DNA of 64,000 nucleotides. Source: an uncultured cyanobacterium. Its GTDB lineage: Bacteria; Cyanobacteriota; Cyanobacteriia; CAKZMO01. A program made the translations under genes and the position numbers. Shown in pieces: positions 22,604-33,600 of the stretch. Where the stretch lies: the NCBI GenBank assembly GCA_963719515.1, contig CAVRCJ010000017.1:32001-96000 (forward strand), in the 5' to 3' direction. The first letter of the stretch is position 1. Each line of letters opens with the position of its first letter. The notes below the pieces were generated by a model. It did no database searches. It had not been told where the DNA came from and was given only the letters and a program-made list of their open reading frames with translations.

Positions 22604-24112
22604 ATGAAATTACGACAGCTTTTGGCAAGTCTGCCTACCCCCATGAATGCGCAGGCCGACGGCTCAATTCAAGCGGCCTTGGAGACTGCCGTCACGGGGC
22701 TATCGACAAATTCCCACACCTGCCGGCCAGGCGATCTGTTTATCGGGCTGCCAGGGACGAGGGTCGATGGCGGGGAGTTTTGGCCCAGTGCGATCGCCTC
22801 TGGTGCGGTAGCGGCGATCGTTTCCCCTGCGGCAGCCCAGTCAAGCCCGCCGCGCGAGGACGCCTGCGTTCTGATTTACGCCGATATTCTTGAAACCTGT
22901 GCCCAGGCCGCCGCCAGCTTCTACGGCAACCCTTCGGCGCAGCTTAGCCTGGTTGGGGTAACCGGGACCAACGGCAAAACCACTACCACCCACCTGATTG
23001 AGGAGATTTTGAGACAGGCCTACACCACCGCGCTGCTGGGTACCCTCTACACCCGCTGGCCAGGCCACCAGCAAACGGCCCTTCATACCACTCCCTTTTC
23101 CGTGGACCTGCAGCGACAGCTGGCGGCGGCGCTAGCAGCCGGCTCGACCCACGCGGTCATGGAGGTTAGCTCCCACGCCCTGGCCCAGAAGCGGGTGGCC
23201 GGGTGCCAGTTTGACGTGGCGGTGTTTACCAACCTCACCCAAGACCATCTGGACTACCACCGCAACATGGACGAGTATTTCATGGCCAAGGCGGAGCTGT
23301 TCACCCCCACCTATTTGCGCAGCAGGGCGATTATCAATCAAGACGATCCCTATGGCCAGCGCCTCGTTCACCAGACTGGCGCTTCTGTCTGGACATACAG
23401 CACCTTGACCCAAGAGGCCGACTTTTGGGCAGAGGATCTGAGCTACGGGGCAGATGGATTTAACGGCCAGCTCCACACCCCAGCGGGCAGCACCGCCTTT
23501 CGCGCCCCCCTAGTGGGTCAGTTCAACCTCTCCAACCTATTGGCGGCGATCGCCGTGGGGCTCCATTTAGGACTCTCTTTAGAAAGTATCGTAGCCACCT
23601 TGCCCCAGCTGACGGGGGTGCCGGGGCGCATGGAGCGGGTGCAGGCTTCTCCAGAGCAAGACATCACCGTAATCGTGGACTACGCCCACACCCCAGATGG
23701 CTTAGAGAATCTGCTGCGGGCGTCACGCCCATTTTCTCAAGGGCGGCTGATCTGCCTGTTTGGCTGCGGCGGCGATCGCGACCGAACCAAGCGGCCCCAG
23801 ATGGGGGCCATTGCTGCCGAGCTATCGGATTGGGCCATTGTCACCTCGGACAACCCCCGCACCGAGAACCCGGCGCAGATTTTAGAGGATATCGTGACGG
23901 GTATGGGAGACAAGGCGGCGCGATCGCCTACCGTAATTGGCGATCGCGCCGCTGCAATTCGGACAGCCATTGCAGAAGCTGAGCCCGGTGACACGGTGCT
24001 GCTGGCCGGAAAGGGCCATGAGGACTATCAAATTTTAGGGACCGAGAAAGTCCATTTCGACGACAGAGAGCAGGCCCGCTTGGCGCTGCAGAACCGTTTA
24101 GCGCAGCGCTAA
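22604..24112 (+). CDS. murE: UDP-MurNAc-tripeptide synthetase
   Basis: GVTGTNGKTT, MEVSSH, DYAHTPD, DNPR, AGKGHE. Confidence 0.97.
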   Translation: MKLRQLLASLPTPMNAQADGSIQAALETAVTGLSTNSHTCRPGDLFIGLPGTRVDGGEFWPSAIASGAVAAIVSPAAAQSSPPREDACVLIYADILETCAQAAASFYGNPSAQLSLVGVTGTNGKTTTTHLIEEILRQAYTTALLGTLYTRWPGHQQTALHTTPFSVDLQRQLAAALAAGSTHAVMEVSSHALAQKRVAGCQFDVAVFTNLTQDHLDYHRNMDEYFMAKAELFTPTYLRSRAIINQDDPYGQRLVHQTGASVWTYSTLTQEADFWAEDLSYGADGFNGQLHTPAGSTAFRAPLVGQFNLSNLLAAIAVGLHLGLSLESIVATLPQLTGVPGRMERVQASPEQDITVIVDYAHTPDGLENLLRASRPFSQGRLICLFGCGGDRDRTKRPQMGAIAAELSDWAIVTSDNPRTENPAQILEDIVTGMGDKAARSPTVIGDRAAAIRTAIAEAEPGDTVLLAGKGHEDYQILGTEKVHFDDREQARLALQNRLAQR

Positions 24113-24251
24113 GGCTGGGCGCAGCAGGCGGAATCTACCCTCTATTCCGTCCACCCGCTCAGTGATTACACTAGACTTTTTCGAAAACTGTTCCAAAGGG
24201 GGTAATTTCAGGGTACTCAAGATAAAACCTCCATTTGAGCCGAGGCCCCTC

Positions 24252-25889
24252 ATGCTCTCGAGTACCTTGCAATTCGCTATGACATCGCTGTACGACACGC
24301 TTCAAGATGCCGGCTGTCTCTCCCAGGAGCTGTGGCTCAGTCCGGCTACGTTTAAGTCGAGCGTCGACGCGATCTTCAAGGTGCTAAGAGACCACCAAAT
24401 CTCAGCGACGGTGATTGCCAAGCTGCCGCGAGAAACCCTTTGGTATGAGTCGCTTGAGCAATATCGCCACAGCTCGCGGTGCCAGAACTCAATCTACTTG
24501 CTTAAGCCGCAAACTCGGCGAGGGGCATACAGCGAAGAGCCAGAAACCAGCGCGCGGGTTTCCGCCGACGTTGCTGAAGCAGACTTGTATACAGTAGCCC
24601 CGCTATCCCTGAGGCCGCCATCCCCCATTGCCAATGTATGGCTACCGGCTGCTAATCCACTGCGCCACGATTTCTTCGTGCTAGTGCTCTCTTCCGAGTT
24701 TCAGGCGCTACTGCTCGCCCATCGTCCCCCCAAGAGCAGGTTGGCGGCTGAGGGAGCGATCGCCCAAAATGAGCCTGCCTCAAATGCATCGGCCCAAAAT
24801 GCACCGGCCCAGAATGCACCGGCCCAAGGTGCACCTGCTCCAGAAGCGCTCACCCCGCAGACCAGCACGGAAGCGCTGCCTGCCGGATCAGTTGATAAAG
24901 CCACTCTGCGCGTTCTGCAGTCCTTTGAGCCGGACTGCCTCGCCGCCGGGCTCAACGTCATCACTAGCTGTGTTGAAGCGCTATATCCTCAGCCGCCGCG
25001 CGAGATAACGCCAATGCTAGAAGACTGGCTTTACCTGTCTGATCAGATTAGCCGCTGGAGCCCTAATATATCCCTATGGAACGCGCTCTGGACCCAGCAG
25101 CTCTCTCAGCAGGAGCGACTTTGGCAGACCAACACCACCCTGAAACCGCAGGCGGAGCTTGGGGAACAGCTCTATCACACTACTCAAAGACTCACCAAAG
25201 CCGTTGAGCTCAAAGACGACCTCTCCAAGCTTATCGGTCAAGAGCTGCGATCGCCCTTGTCCAGTATGAAAACAGCGCTGTCTATTCTCAGCAGTCAAAC
25301 TCTAAAACCAGCTCAGCGACAGCGATACATCGACATGCTGACTCGGGAATGCGATCGCCAAAATGCGTTGATTAGCGGCATATCGGAGCTGGCTCACCTT
25401 GAGGAGATGAGCTCTACCCCCATGGAGCCCCTGCAGCTCATCGATATTGTGCCGGGGGTTGTCAGCACCTATCAGCCCTTGGCCCAAGAGCAGGGCGTCA
25501 TGCTAGCCTACACGGTTCCCGACGATTTGCCGCCTGTGGCCTGTTTGGGATCCTGGCTCAAGCAGATCGTGATCAACTTGCTTGATAACGGAATCAAGTT
25601 TACGCCTCAAAAGGGTCAGGTCTGGGTGAAGGCATACCCCAAAGCCGATTATATTCAGCTGGAGGTTCAGGATACAGGCGCGGGAATTCCGCCGGCGGAC
25701 ATTGACAGGGTTTTCGAGCGCTTTTATCGGGCAAAACCTAAGGCAGAAGATGCCGCTGTAGGGGTTGGCCTAGGCCTTTCTATCGTGCAGCAGCTGGTGC
25801 TCAAATGCGGCGGCAGCATCTCCGTGGAAAGCGAGCTCGGACGGGGGGCAACCTTTTTCGTCTCGCTACCAATCTACAGGGAGGGCTAG
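24252..25889 (+). CDS. DICT-like sensor histidine kinase (H-box reads QELRSPL)
   Basis: INLLDNGIKFT, DTGAGI, GVGLGL HATPase boxes; N-terminal DICT-like region. Confidence 0.8.
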   Translation: MLSSTLQFAMTSLYDTLQDAGCLSQELWLSPATFKSSVDAIFKVLRDHQISATVIAKLPRETLWYESLEQYRHSSRCQNSIYLLKPQTRRGAYSEEPETSARVSADVAEADLYTVAPLSLRPPSPIANVWLPAANPLRHDFFVLVLSSEFQALLLAHRPPKSRLAAEGAIAQNEPASNASAQNAPAQNAPAQGAPAPEALTPQTSTEALPAGSVDKATLRVLQSFEPDCLAAGLNVITSCVEALYPQPPREITPMLEDWLYLSDQISRWSPNISLWNALWTQQLSQQERLWQTNTTLKPQAELGEQLYHTTQRLTKAVELKDDLSKLIGQELRSPLSSMKTALSILSSQTLKPAQRQRYIDMLTRECDRQNALISGISELAHLEEMSSTPMEPLQLIDIVPGVVSTYQPLAQEQGVMLAYTVPDDLPPVACLGSWLKQIVINLLDNGIKFTPQKGQVWVKAYPKADYIQLEVQDTGAGIPPADIDRVFERFYRAKPKAEDAAVGVGLGLSIVQQLVLKCGGSISVESELGRGATFFVSLPIYREG

Positions 25890-26012
25890 GATACCGTAAA
25901 TTTTTGCAGTCAGCGCAAAGATTGCCCGCAGCAGCATTTCAAAGCGTCTAAAGTGGCTCAAGGTCATGGTAGATATTTGGTATAAGAGCTATCATGGTGT
26001 GATGCTCGAGCA

Positions 26013-26192
26013 TACTGCCTTTGGGTCGTCAACTCTGATACCCGTACCGAAAGTTGGAAGAAAATCCGACCGAGGAAAACGGAGACCACTCGATAGTCTT
26101 GCTGTACTGCCTTTGCAAAAGGCGGTTTAAGCAGTGGTTGTCAGCAGACATCTCGCAGCACGGGTCTCACTAACTGACTAGGAGAGGCGAGT
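26013..26192 (+). ncRNA. Candidate structured cis-regulatory leader RNA
   Basis: Several nested helices and a pseudoknot-like pairing next to the RBS (see findings). Confidence 0.5.
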
Positions 26193-26936
26193 ATGAAGCG
26201 GTTTCGACCCAGGTGGAGCAGGGCGCTGGCCTTCCCACTGTCCCAGGCGATATCCCACACCGTTGGCCGATTTGGTGGAAAAACTAAGCGACGTCTTCAG
26301 TCTCTAGAGGCGATTATTGCGGTCGTTGAGTCGGAGCGCGATCGCCTCCGGCAGGAGCTGCGGGAGTTGGTCCATTACACCGACGCCGAGATTCTCCAGC
26401 TCAACAAAGCCATTGAGGAACTTCAGCAAGAGCGAGATGAGCTACAGCTCAAGCTATGGAGCCTTGAGGAGGCCGAGGCCGCCAAGAGCGATAGCGCGCT
26501 GCCGGTAGAGACGGTATATCTCACCAGCACTGCTGATAACTCTGACGTGATCTCGGTAACCAGCGCAGCGCTTGAGCAGGTTGAAGAGATACAGGCCTCT
26601 GACCTTTCCTGGCTGCGTTTGGCCCTGGTGGGGGGACATTCAGCAACGCGGCGGGGCGTCATCCAAGAGCTCAAGGGACGCTATGGTCTCAAGCACTGCG
26701 TCGAGATCCCGCGCATGACGGAGTCCAACACCAACCGCAGCCGGGTTAAGGCAAAGATCGGCCAGTGTGACCTAGTCGTGATTATCACGGGCTACATGGG
26801 TCACCGGCTGAGCGAGATTGTCTATAGCCTCAAGGCCGCTGACGCGCTGGCGGGTGAGGTGCTGCAGCTCAGCTGCCGGGGCAAGAGCGGTGTGGTTCGC
26901 GAAATCATGAAGCACCTGGGTGAGGTTCAGGGCTAA
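26193..26936 (+). CDS. Coiled-coil + DUF2325-like protein
   Basis: LVGGH...CDLVVIITGYMGH...CRGKSG C-terminal domain; GGAG RBS. Confidence 0.75.
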   Translation: MKRFRPRWSRALAFPLSQAISHTVGRFGGKTKRRLQSLEAIIAVVESERDRLRQELRELVHYTDAEILQLNKAIEELQQERDELQLKLWSLEEAEAAKSDSALPVETVYLTSTADNSDVISVTSAALEQVEEIQASDLSWLRLALVGGHSATRRGVIQELKGRYGLKHCVEIPRMTESNTNRSRVKAKIGQCDLVVIITGYMGHRLSEIVYSLKAADALAGEVLQLSCRGKSGVVREIMKHLGEVQG

Positions 26937-26988
26937 GGCTTGGCACAGGGCTAGGCAGTGGGGCAAGACTCGATGAGTTGCGGCGGCG

Positions 26989-27672
26989 CTACGGCTCTCG
27001 CAGTACGTAGCCCACCCCACGCACCGTCTGAATCATTCGCTTTTCGCCTTCAGCCTCTAGCTTGAGCCGCAGGTAGCGAATGTAGACCTCGATGATATTA
27101 GAGTCGCCCATAAAGTCATACCCCCACACCTCTTCTAAAATGCGATCGCGGGTCATCACCTGCCGGGGATAGGACAGCAGGTACTCTAGCAGGTCAAATT
27201 CTTTAGCCGTAAGTTCAATCGCGCGATCGCCCCGGAACACCTCCCGCGTCTTGCGGTCAAGCTTCAAGTCTTCGAACTGCCGGACGTCGGCGTCATCCTC
27301 CTGGGTGCGGCGCAGATGGGCGCGCACGCGGGCCAGCAGCTCTTCAATGCTGAAAGGCTTGACGAGGTAATCGTCTGCCCCAGCGTCTAGCCCCGCCACG
27401 CGATCGCTGATGTCGTCCTTTGCCGTCAGCAAAATTACCGGCACCTTAGACCCGGTCGTCCGCAGCCTGCGGCAGACTTCCAGCCCCGTCATCCCCGGCA
27501 TTAGCCAATCGAGAATCACTAGGTCCGGGTTGATATCGCGAATCTTTGTCAGTCCCGTCAAACCGTCGTGGGCCACGCTGGTTTGATAGTCTTCGTAGCC
27601 TAGCTCCAGTTCAATAAACCGAGCTAGTTTCTCCTCATCTTCAACGACTACGATGTGGGGTTTCATTGGCAT
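26989..27672 (-). CDS. OmpR-family response regulator
   Basis: VVEDE, LDWLMP, GADDYLVKPF, wHTH IQTVRGVGY. Confidence 0.95.
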   Translation of the reverse strand: MPMKPHIVVVEDEEKLARFIELELGYEDYQTSVAHDGLTGLTKIRDINPDLVILDWLMPGMTGLEVCRRLRTTGSKVPVILLTAKDDISDRVAGLDAGADDYLVKPFSIEELLARVRAHLRRTQEDDADVRQFEDLKLDRKTREVFRGDRAIELTAKEFDLLEYLLSYPRQVMTRDRILEEVWGYDFMGDSNIIEVYIRYLRLKLEAEGEKRMIQTVRGVGYVLREP

Positions 27673-29227
27673 GACCTACTAACGGTAGCGAAACAGTGAA
27701 CGTACTTCCCCTGCCGGGCTCAGACGCGACGCTGACCTGGCCTCCCATATCGTCAACTAAAGTCTTCACGAGGGAGAGGCCTAAGCCCGTGCCTCCGGTG
27801 GTGCGGTTTCGCGTCATGTCGACCCGGTAGCAGCGATCAAAAATTCGCGGCTGGTCCGCCAGAGGAATACCGATTCCGCGATCGCACACCTGGATAATAA
27901 CACTGTTACCTGAGCGTAATACGCGCAGGACGACGGTCTGCTCTGGGCCCGAATACCGCAGGGCATTGTCTATCAGCTTGACAAGCACTTGACGCAGCTT
28001 TTCAGGATCGACCCTTACTAAAACCTGGGAGCTAGAGTGGGGGGGCGGAGACGGGATAGAAGAGGGACCGCCCTGCATTGAGGCTGATTGGCCAGAACTA
28101 GGTTGGCTAGAGTTAGATTGCCCAAATTCAGTGGAGCCCAAGGTAGTCTGCCCAGGTACCTCAACCACAATCTCTCGCCGACTTGAGGCTTCGAGCTTTT
28201 GAGCGATCTCTTGCACTAGGGCGATTACGCAGACCTCGCTGGTGCAAGATTGAATGCTGCCGCTATCGGCGCGAGCTAGACTCAGCAGGTCTTCCAAGAT
28301 GGCAATGGAATGCTCAGTCTCGGTCACGGCAGTCGCCAGTGCCTCATGCTGCGGCGGTTTCAGATTATCGCTGCGGCGCTGCAGGCTTTGCAAATAGCCA
28401 TAGGTAATGGCTAGCGGCGTACGCAGCTCATGGGAGATATCGTGGGTAAACTGTCGCTGCTGCTGCAGGGCAGCGGCCAGTCGAGACAGCATCTCTTCGC
28501 AAGTTTTGACCAGCTCGCTGACTTCGGTAGGGGCTTTCTCCAGCCGCATGCCCACATGGCCTAGCTCTTCTAGCTTTAGGTGAGCCGTCATTTCGCTCAT
28601 CTGCCGCAGGGGCCGTAGCGATCGCTTGACGTAAAGCGAAACCGCTATCACCAGTCCTAGCAGGGTCAGACCTGTCGCCAGCGTGAGGCGTCGCACCAGC
28701 GCTCTAAGTCTTGCCTTATCTTCAGTGATGTCTAAAAAAACGTAGAGGTTGTAAGGTTGAAGCTGGTTCTGTAGGGGGCCGGTGCAGACGAGGTAGTCTT
28801 TGCTGTCTAGGGTGATAATCTGAGTCTCAATCGCGGCAGATGGCGCTGATGAAGCATCCATTTGAGTCATCAGGTGGTCGACAACGTTTTGGCTTTGCGC
28901 CAGTCGATCTGAACGGGTGATCAGCTCGTCGCCCAGCGCTACGACGACGGACATGTCAGAAAACGACCGTAAATCGCTTACTTTTTGAATGGCGTTGTTC
29001 ACCGGCATGGTGGCTCGGTATCGCTGAACGTCTTGGGGAATTTGCCGAACGACATCGGTAACCTGGCGAATGTGACGACCGACTAAGATCTGCCGGGTTT
29101 GCCAACTCATCCACATCGACATACAGCCGACGCTGAGAGTGGCCAATAGCGCAACGCCCAGGCTGAGACGAGCCTGCAAGGAAGATGGGGCAATCCATCG
29201 GATAAGACGCCGCGATCGCTGGAGCAT
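27641..29227 (-). CDS. Membrane HAMP sensor histidine kinase
   Basis: Two TM helices, [20 protein letters not shown]; overlaps the cognate regulator. Confidence 0.92.
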   Translation of the reverse strand: MLQRSRRLIRWIAPSSLQARLSLGVALLATLSVGCMSMWMSWQTRQILVGRHIRQVTDVVRQIPQDVQRYRATMPVNNAIQKVSDLRSFSDMSVVVALGDELITRSDRLAQSQNVVDHLMTQMDASSAPSAAIETQIITLDSKDYLVCTGPLQNQLQPYNLYVFLDITEDKARLRALVRRLTLATGLTLLGLVIAVSLYVKRSLRPLRQMSEMTAHLKLEELGHVGMRLEKAPTEVSELVKTCEEMLSRLAAALQQQRQFTHDISHELRTPLAITYGYLQSLQRRSDNLKPPQHEALATAVTETEHSIAILEDLLSLARADSGSIQSCTSEVCVIALVQEIAQKLEASSRREIVVEVPGQTTLGSTEFGQSNSSQPSSGQSASMQGGPSSIPSPPPHSSSQVLVRVDPEKLRQVLVKLIDNALRYSGPEQTVVLRVLRSGNSVIIQVCDRGIGIPLADQPRIFDRCYRVDMTRNRTTGGTGLGLSLVKTLVDDMGGQVSVASEPGRGSTFTVSLPLVGHANETPHRSR

Positions 29228-29798
29228 AAATCACCGGGTACCTGACAGGCCCACAAGGTCTGACTACCGTCAGCTTACAAAACTGGGCAGGCTATAGAAT
29301 GAGATCTTCCTGAACAATCAGTTAATTCTGAATAGATTTTAGACCTACGCTTAGCTTCTTGCCCGCCTCACCTCCGCTGTGGAGCAAGCGCACCACTACT
29401 CCTATCCCTCAACCATGACTGCCCTTTCGCCATACTGAGAATTGCTGGCACCATTGGCGGCGGCAAAACTGGAGTGGCGAGACCAGATATGATAGATACC
29501 GGCAACTGTTACGGACAGAGAAGCAATCCCCCTGTAGTAGATAAAGTTATCGCAAGAGAGACTCACGTTGACCTGCCATAACTTTAAACAGGGTGCGTGG
29601 CTGAAGCTAAAGCTTTTGGAGGGTATCGCTTCGGCGGGGTATTTCCCCACAACAGCGTTGTTTAATTTAGGCTGCTGGCTTAAATTTATTTCTGTCTAGA
29701 GAATCTAGAAAAAATCCGGACAAACTATAGATACGAATCTTGTAGGGTTAGGGTTGACGTAGGATACGGTGTCGTACATATACCAAGAGACGCGCTAG

Positions 29799-30551
29799 AT
29801 GGCCGAGGTATTCAAAATTGGAAGCCGCTCTGTTGAGGCTGCCGACGTTCTGCCGCTGATGGCAGGCTATCAGATGCTGCCTAAATTTATTCAGGAGCTG
29901 GTGATCGACGATGCGATCGCCGATATCGACTGCACGGCGGAGGAAGCGCAGCAGGCGCAGCAGGCTTTTTATACCCAAAACAAGCTATCTGACGAGGCTT
30001 CAAAGCAGTCTTGGCTGGCAGCCTACGGTATGAGTGGCGAGCAGCTAGACGCGCTGGCGCTGCGTGAGCTAAAAATTGAGCGGTTCAAGCAGCACACCTG
30101 GGGGGCCAAGCTGGAGTCTTACTTCCTTGAGCGGAAGGGCAAACTGGATAAAGTCATCTATTCGCTGATCCGCACGAAGGACGTTGGCATTGCTCAAGAA
30201 ATCTACTTTCGAATTCTAGAGGGCGAGCAGCCGCTCTCGGAGCTGGCGAGCAAATATTCTCAAGGGCCTGAGGCCCAGACAGATGGGCTCATCGGTCCCG
30301 TAGAGTTGAGCGTTCCTCACCCTACCCTTGCCAAAATGCTCTCCGTCAGCCAGCCCGGTCAGCTGTGTCCGCCTACCCGCGTCGGCGAGTGGGTGGTGAT
30401 CGTTCGGCTAGAGCGCTTTGTGCCGGCCCAGCTCGACGACCCTATGCGGCAAAGGCTTCTGAACGAGTGTTTTCAGACGTGGCTGCAGAAGGAAACGCGG
30501 CAGGCGCAGGCTTCGGGAACGGCGGAGGCGTCCCTATCGTCCCCAAGCTAG
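29799..30551 (+). CDS. PpiC-type peptidyl-prolyl isomerase associated with T1SS
   Basis: ELASKYSQGPEAQTDGLIGP parvulin motif; first gene of the operon. Confidence 0.88.
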   Translation: MAEVFKIGSRSVEAADVLPLMAGYQMLPKFIQELVIDDAIADIDCTAEEAQQAQQAFYTQNKLSDEASKQSWLAAYGMSGEQLDALALRELKIERFKQHTWGAKLESYFLERKGKLDKVIYSLIRTKDVGIAQEIYFRILEGEQPLSELASKYSQGPEAQTDGLIGPVELSVPHPTLAKMLSVSQPGQLCPPTRVGEWVVIVRLERFVPAQLDDPMRQRLLNECFQTWLQKETRQAQASGTAEASLSSPS

Positions 30552-30693
30552 TCGTAACCCGGTAGTGCCCCCTCGGGGCCGCCAAGCCACAGCTGCATCT
30601 TCCTATTCCTATAATTTATTTGAGCTACCCTGACGCTGCGCTTCATTTCCTATACCCAAACTGCCTCTTTGCGATCGCCTTATTGATGTTGCT

Positions 30694-33600
30694 ATGACTT
30701 ATACCAAAAGCACTATCCAAGGGTTTCTGGAAAGTATTCCGCCCTTTAATCAGCTGCCCCAAAGCACCCTCAAGCGGCTGTCATCGCAGCTCAAGCTGCT
30801 GCGCTACCGGATGGGACAGGCCGTTTTGGTGCGGGATAAAATGCCCGCCAATATTGCCATTATTTACGAAGGGCAGGCCCGCCTGCTGGCCTATGACCCC
30901 CGCACCGAAAAGCCCCAAACTCTGCAGCTCCTACAGCCCGGAGCCGTACTAGGCTGGGTAGGGCTGGTGCGGGGCGTTCCCTGTGAGACGGCGATCGCCT
31001 CCGTTGAGACGATCTGCTTGACCATGCCGGCCCTAGATTTTTTGGCCGTTTTGGAAGGGGAGCCGATTCTTGCTCAAAACTTCCGTCAGCGCGTTTCGCT
31101 CCTAGAATCGTTTGACCTACTGGGGGCTGAAATTCATCGCCGCGCCATTGGCGAGGCCGACCTCAAGCACATTGCTGAACTGGGGGAAGCGGAAGCGATC
31201 GTGGAGAACATTCCTTCTGGGCAGTCCTCTCTCAGTGCCCTAGACCCCAACCGCATCTGGTTCGTCAGCGGCGGCGGGTCAATTGCCAACCACGCCGTGG
31301 GCACCCGGCTGGGTGTCGACCCCAACAATGAGTCCTCCATCACCGTCACGGGCTCCTATCCGGCCCGATTGGTGGGCTTCCCCGGCGCGGTTCTGCGGAC
31401 CCAAGCGCGGCTGTCTGGGTCTGGGGCCGATTCGGCGATCGCCCCCGTAGATGCTGACGCCGCAGACAGCGATTTTCCCTACGCCCCTGAGCGGCCAGAA
31501 GCCCTCGAAACCCCGGTTTTCAAAGAAGAGAGCAACCGCAAGAAGGGGCCAGGCGACTATCTCTTTGTCTCCGGTCGGGGCGATGTTGACGGCGCGATGG
31601 CCTGTTTTCAGATGCTGGCCCGGTACTTCAACTTGCCTTTTCGCCGAGATGTGGTGCGGCGAGTGCTCAAAGAGCAGGTAGAGCGCATGGGGGGGCTGTC
31701 TCTGGAGCTGTGCGGCGCGATCACCGAGATGATGGGGGTACAGGCCCAGCTGGTGACGGTTCCCGCGAGCGCCTTGGGGCGCTTAGAGGCTCCGGTGCTC
31801 ACCAAGTGGCAGGGCAGCCTGGTGTTGATGTATGACATCACCCCCCAGGAGGCGATCGTCGCGCTGCCGGAGACCGGGGTTCTACGCCGCCCTATCGAAG
31901 ACATTGCTAAGACCTGGGGAGAAGAGACCGAGGATGGCTCGCGCAAAGGGCAAGTGCTCTTGTTCCGGCTGACCAAGCAGTCTCCCCAAAAGCGCTTTGG
32001 CCTGAGCTGGTTTCTACCCTCGCTGATTAAATATAAGCGCGTGCTGATCGAGGTGTTTATTGCCTCGTTCTTCGTGCAGCTGTTTGCCTTGGCCAATCCC
32101 CTGATGATTCAGGTGATTATCGACCGGGTAATCGTCCAAAACAGCTCCGACACGCTCCAGGTGCTGGGGATCTTCCTGCTGGTAATCGCGGTGTTTGAGG
32201 CGGTGCTCACCAGTTTGCGAACGTATCTGTTTGTCGACACCACTAACCGTATTGACTTGGCTCTGGGGTCCGAGATCATCGATCACCTACTGCGGCTGCC
32301 CCTGCGCTACTTTGAGCGCCGCCCGGTGGGAGAGCTTTCTACCCGCATCAACGAGCTGGAGAATATCCGGCAGTTCTTGACGGGCACGGCCTTGACGGTG
32401 GTGCTAGACGCCATCTTCTCGGTGCTCTACATCGCCGTAATGTTTGTCTACAGCTGGCTGTTGACCCTAGTGTCCCTGGCGACGGTGCCCCTGTTTGTAG
32501 GACTGGCGGTGATCGCCTCCCCCGCCATTCGCCGCCAGCTGAGGCTGAAGGCAGAGCGCAACGCCGAAACCCAGTCCTACCTGGTAGAGGTGATGAGCGG
32601 CATCCAAACCGTCAAAGCTCAAAATATGGAGCTGAGGGCGCGGTGGCAGTGGCAGCAGCGCTACGCCCGCTACGTCAGCGCCGGATTTAAGACCGTGCTC
32701 TTTTCTACGGCAGCCAGCTCTGCCAGCGGCTTCTTTACCAAGCTGTCTGGGCTGCTGGTGCTGTGGGTGGGGGCGTCTTTGGTGCTCAGCGGCGATCTCA
32801 CCCTAGGCCAGCTGATCGCCTTTCGCATCATCTCGGGCTATGTGACCACGCCGCTGCTGCGTCTAGCCCAGCTGTGGCAAAACTTCCAGGAGACGGCGCT
32901 GTCCATCGAGCGACTGAGCGACATCGTCGACGCCACCCCCGAGGCAGACGAGACCGAGCGCCAGAACATTCCCCTGCCGCCCATCACCGGCATCGTCAAA
33001 TACGAGAACGTCTCCTTCCGCTTTAAGGAAAGCGGCCCGATGGTGCTCAACAACGTCAACGTAGAGTTTGAGCCGGGGGGGTTTATTGGCATCGTGGGGC
33101 AGAGTGGCTCTGGGAAAAGCACCATGACCAAGCTGCTGCCGCGTCTCTATGAGCTGGAAAATGGTCGCATCCTGGTGGACGGCTATGATATCAGCAAAGT
33201 GGAGCTCTACTCTCTGCGTCAGCAAATCGGGATCGTGCCTCAGGAGAGCCTGCTGTTTGAAGGCACTATCCAGGAAAATATCGCCCTCACGATGCCCGAC
33301 GCCTCCTCAGAGGCCATTATCGACGCGGCGAAAGTGGCGGCGGCCCATGATTTTATCATGGAATTGTCGAATGGCTACAATACTAAGGTGGGTGAGCGGG
33401 GTGCCTCTCTCTCCGGCGGCCAGCGCCAGCGCATTGCGATCGCCCGCACCGTGCTAGCGAATCCGCGCATGCTGATCATGGATGAGTCTACCAGCGCCCT
33501 AGACTACGATACCGAGCGCCGCGTCTGCCTCAACCTTGCCGAAGCCTTCCGAGGCCGCACCGTCTTCTTCATCACCCATCGCCTGAGCACCATTCGCAAC

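Noticed and set aside
26013..26192. c-di-AMP (ydaO) riboswitch, suggested by cdaA in the window
   Set aside because: The characteristic GCUGAAU and UCAGCUAAC-type conserved segments were not found
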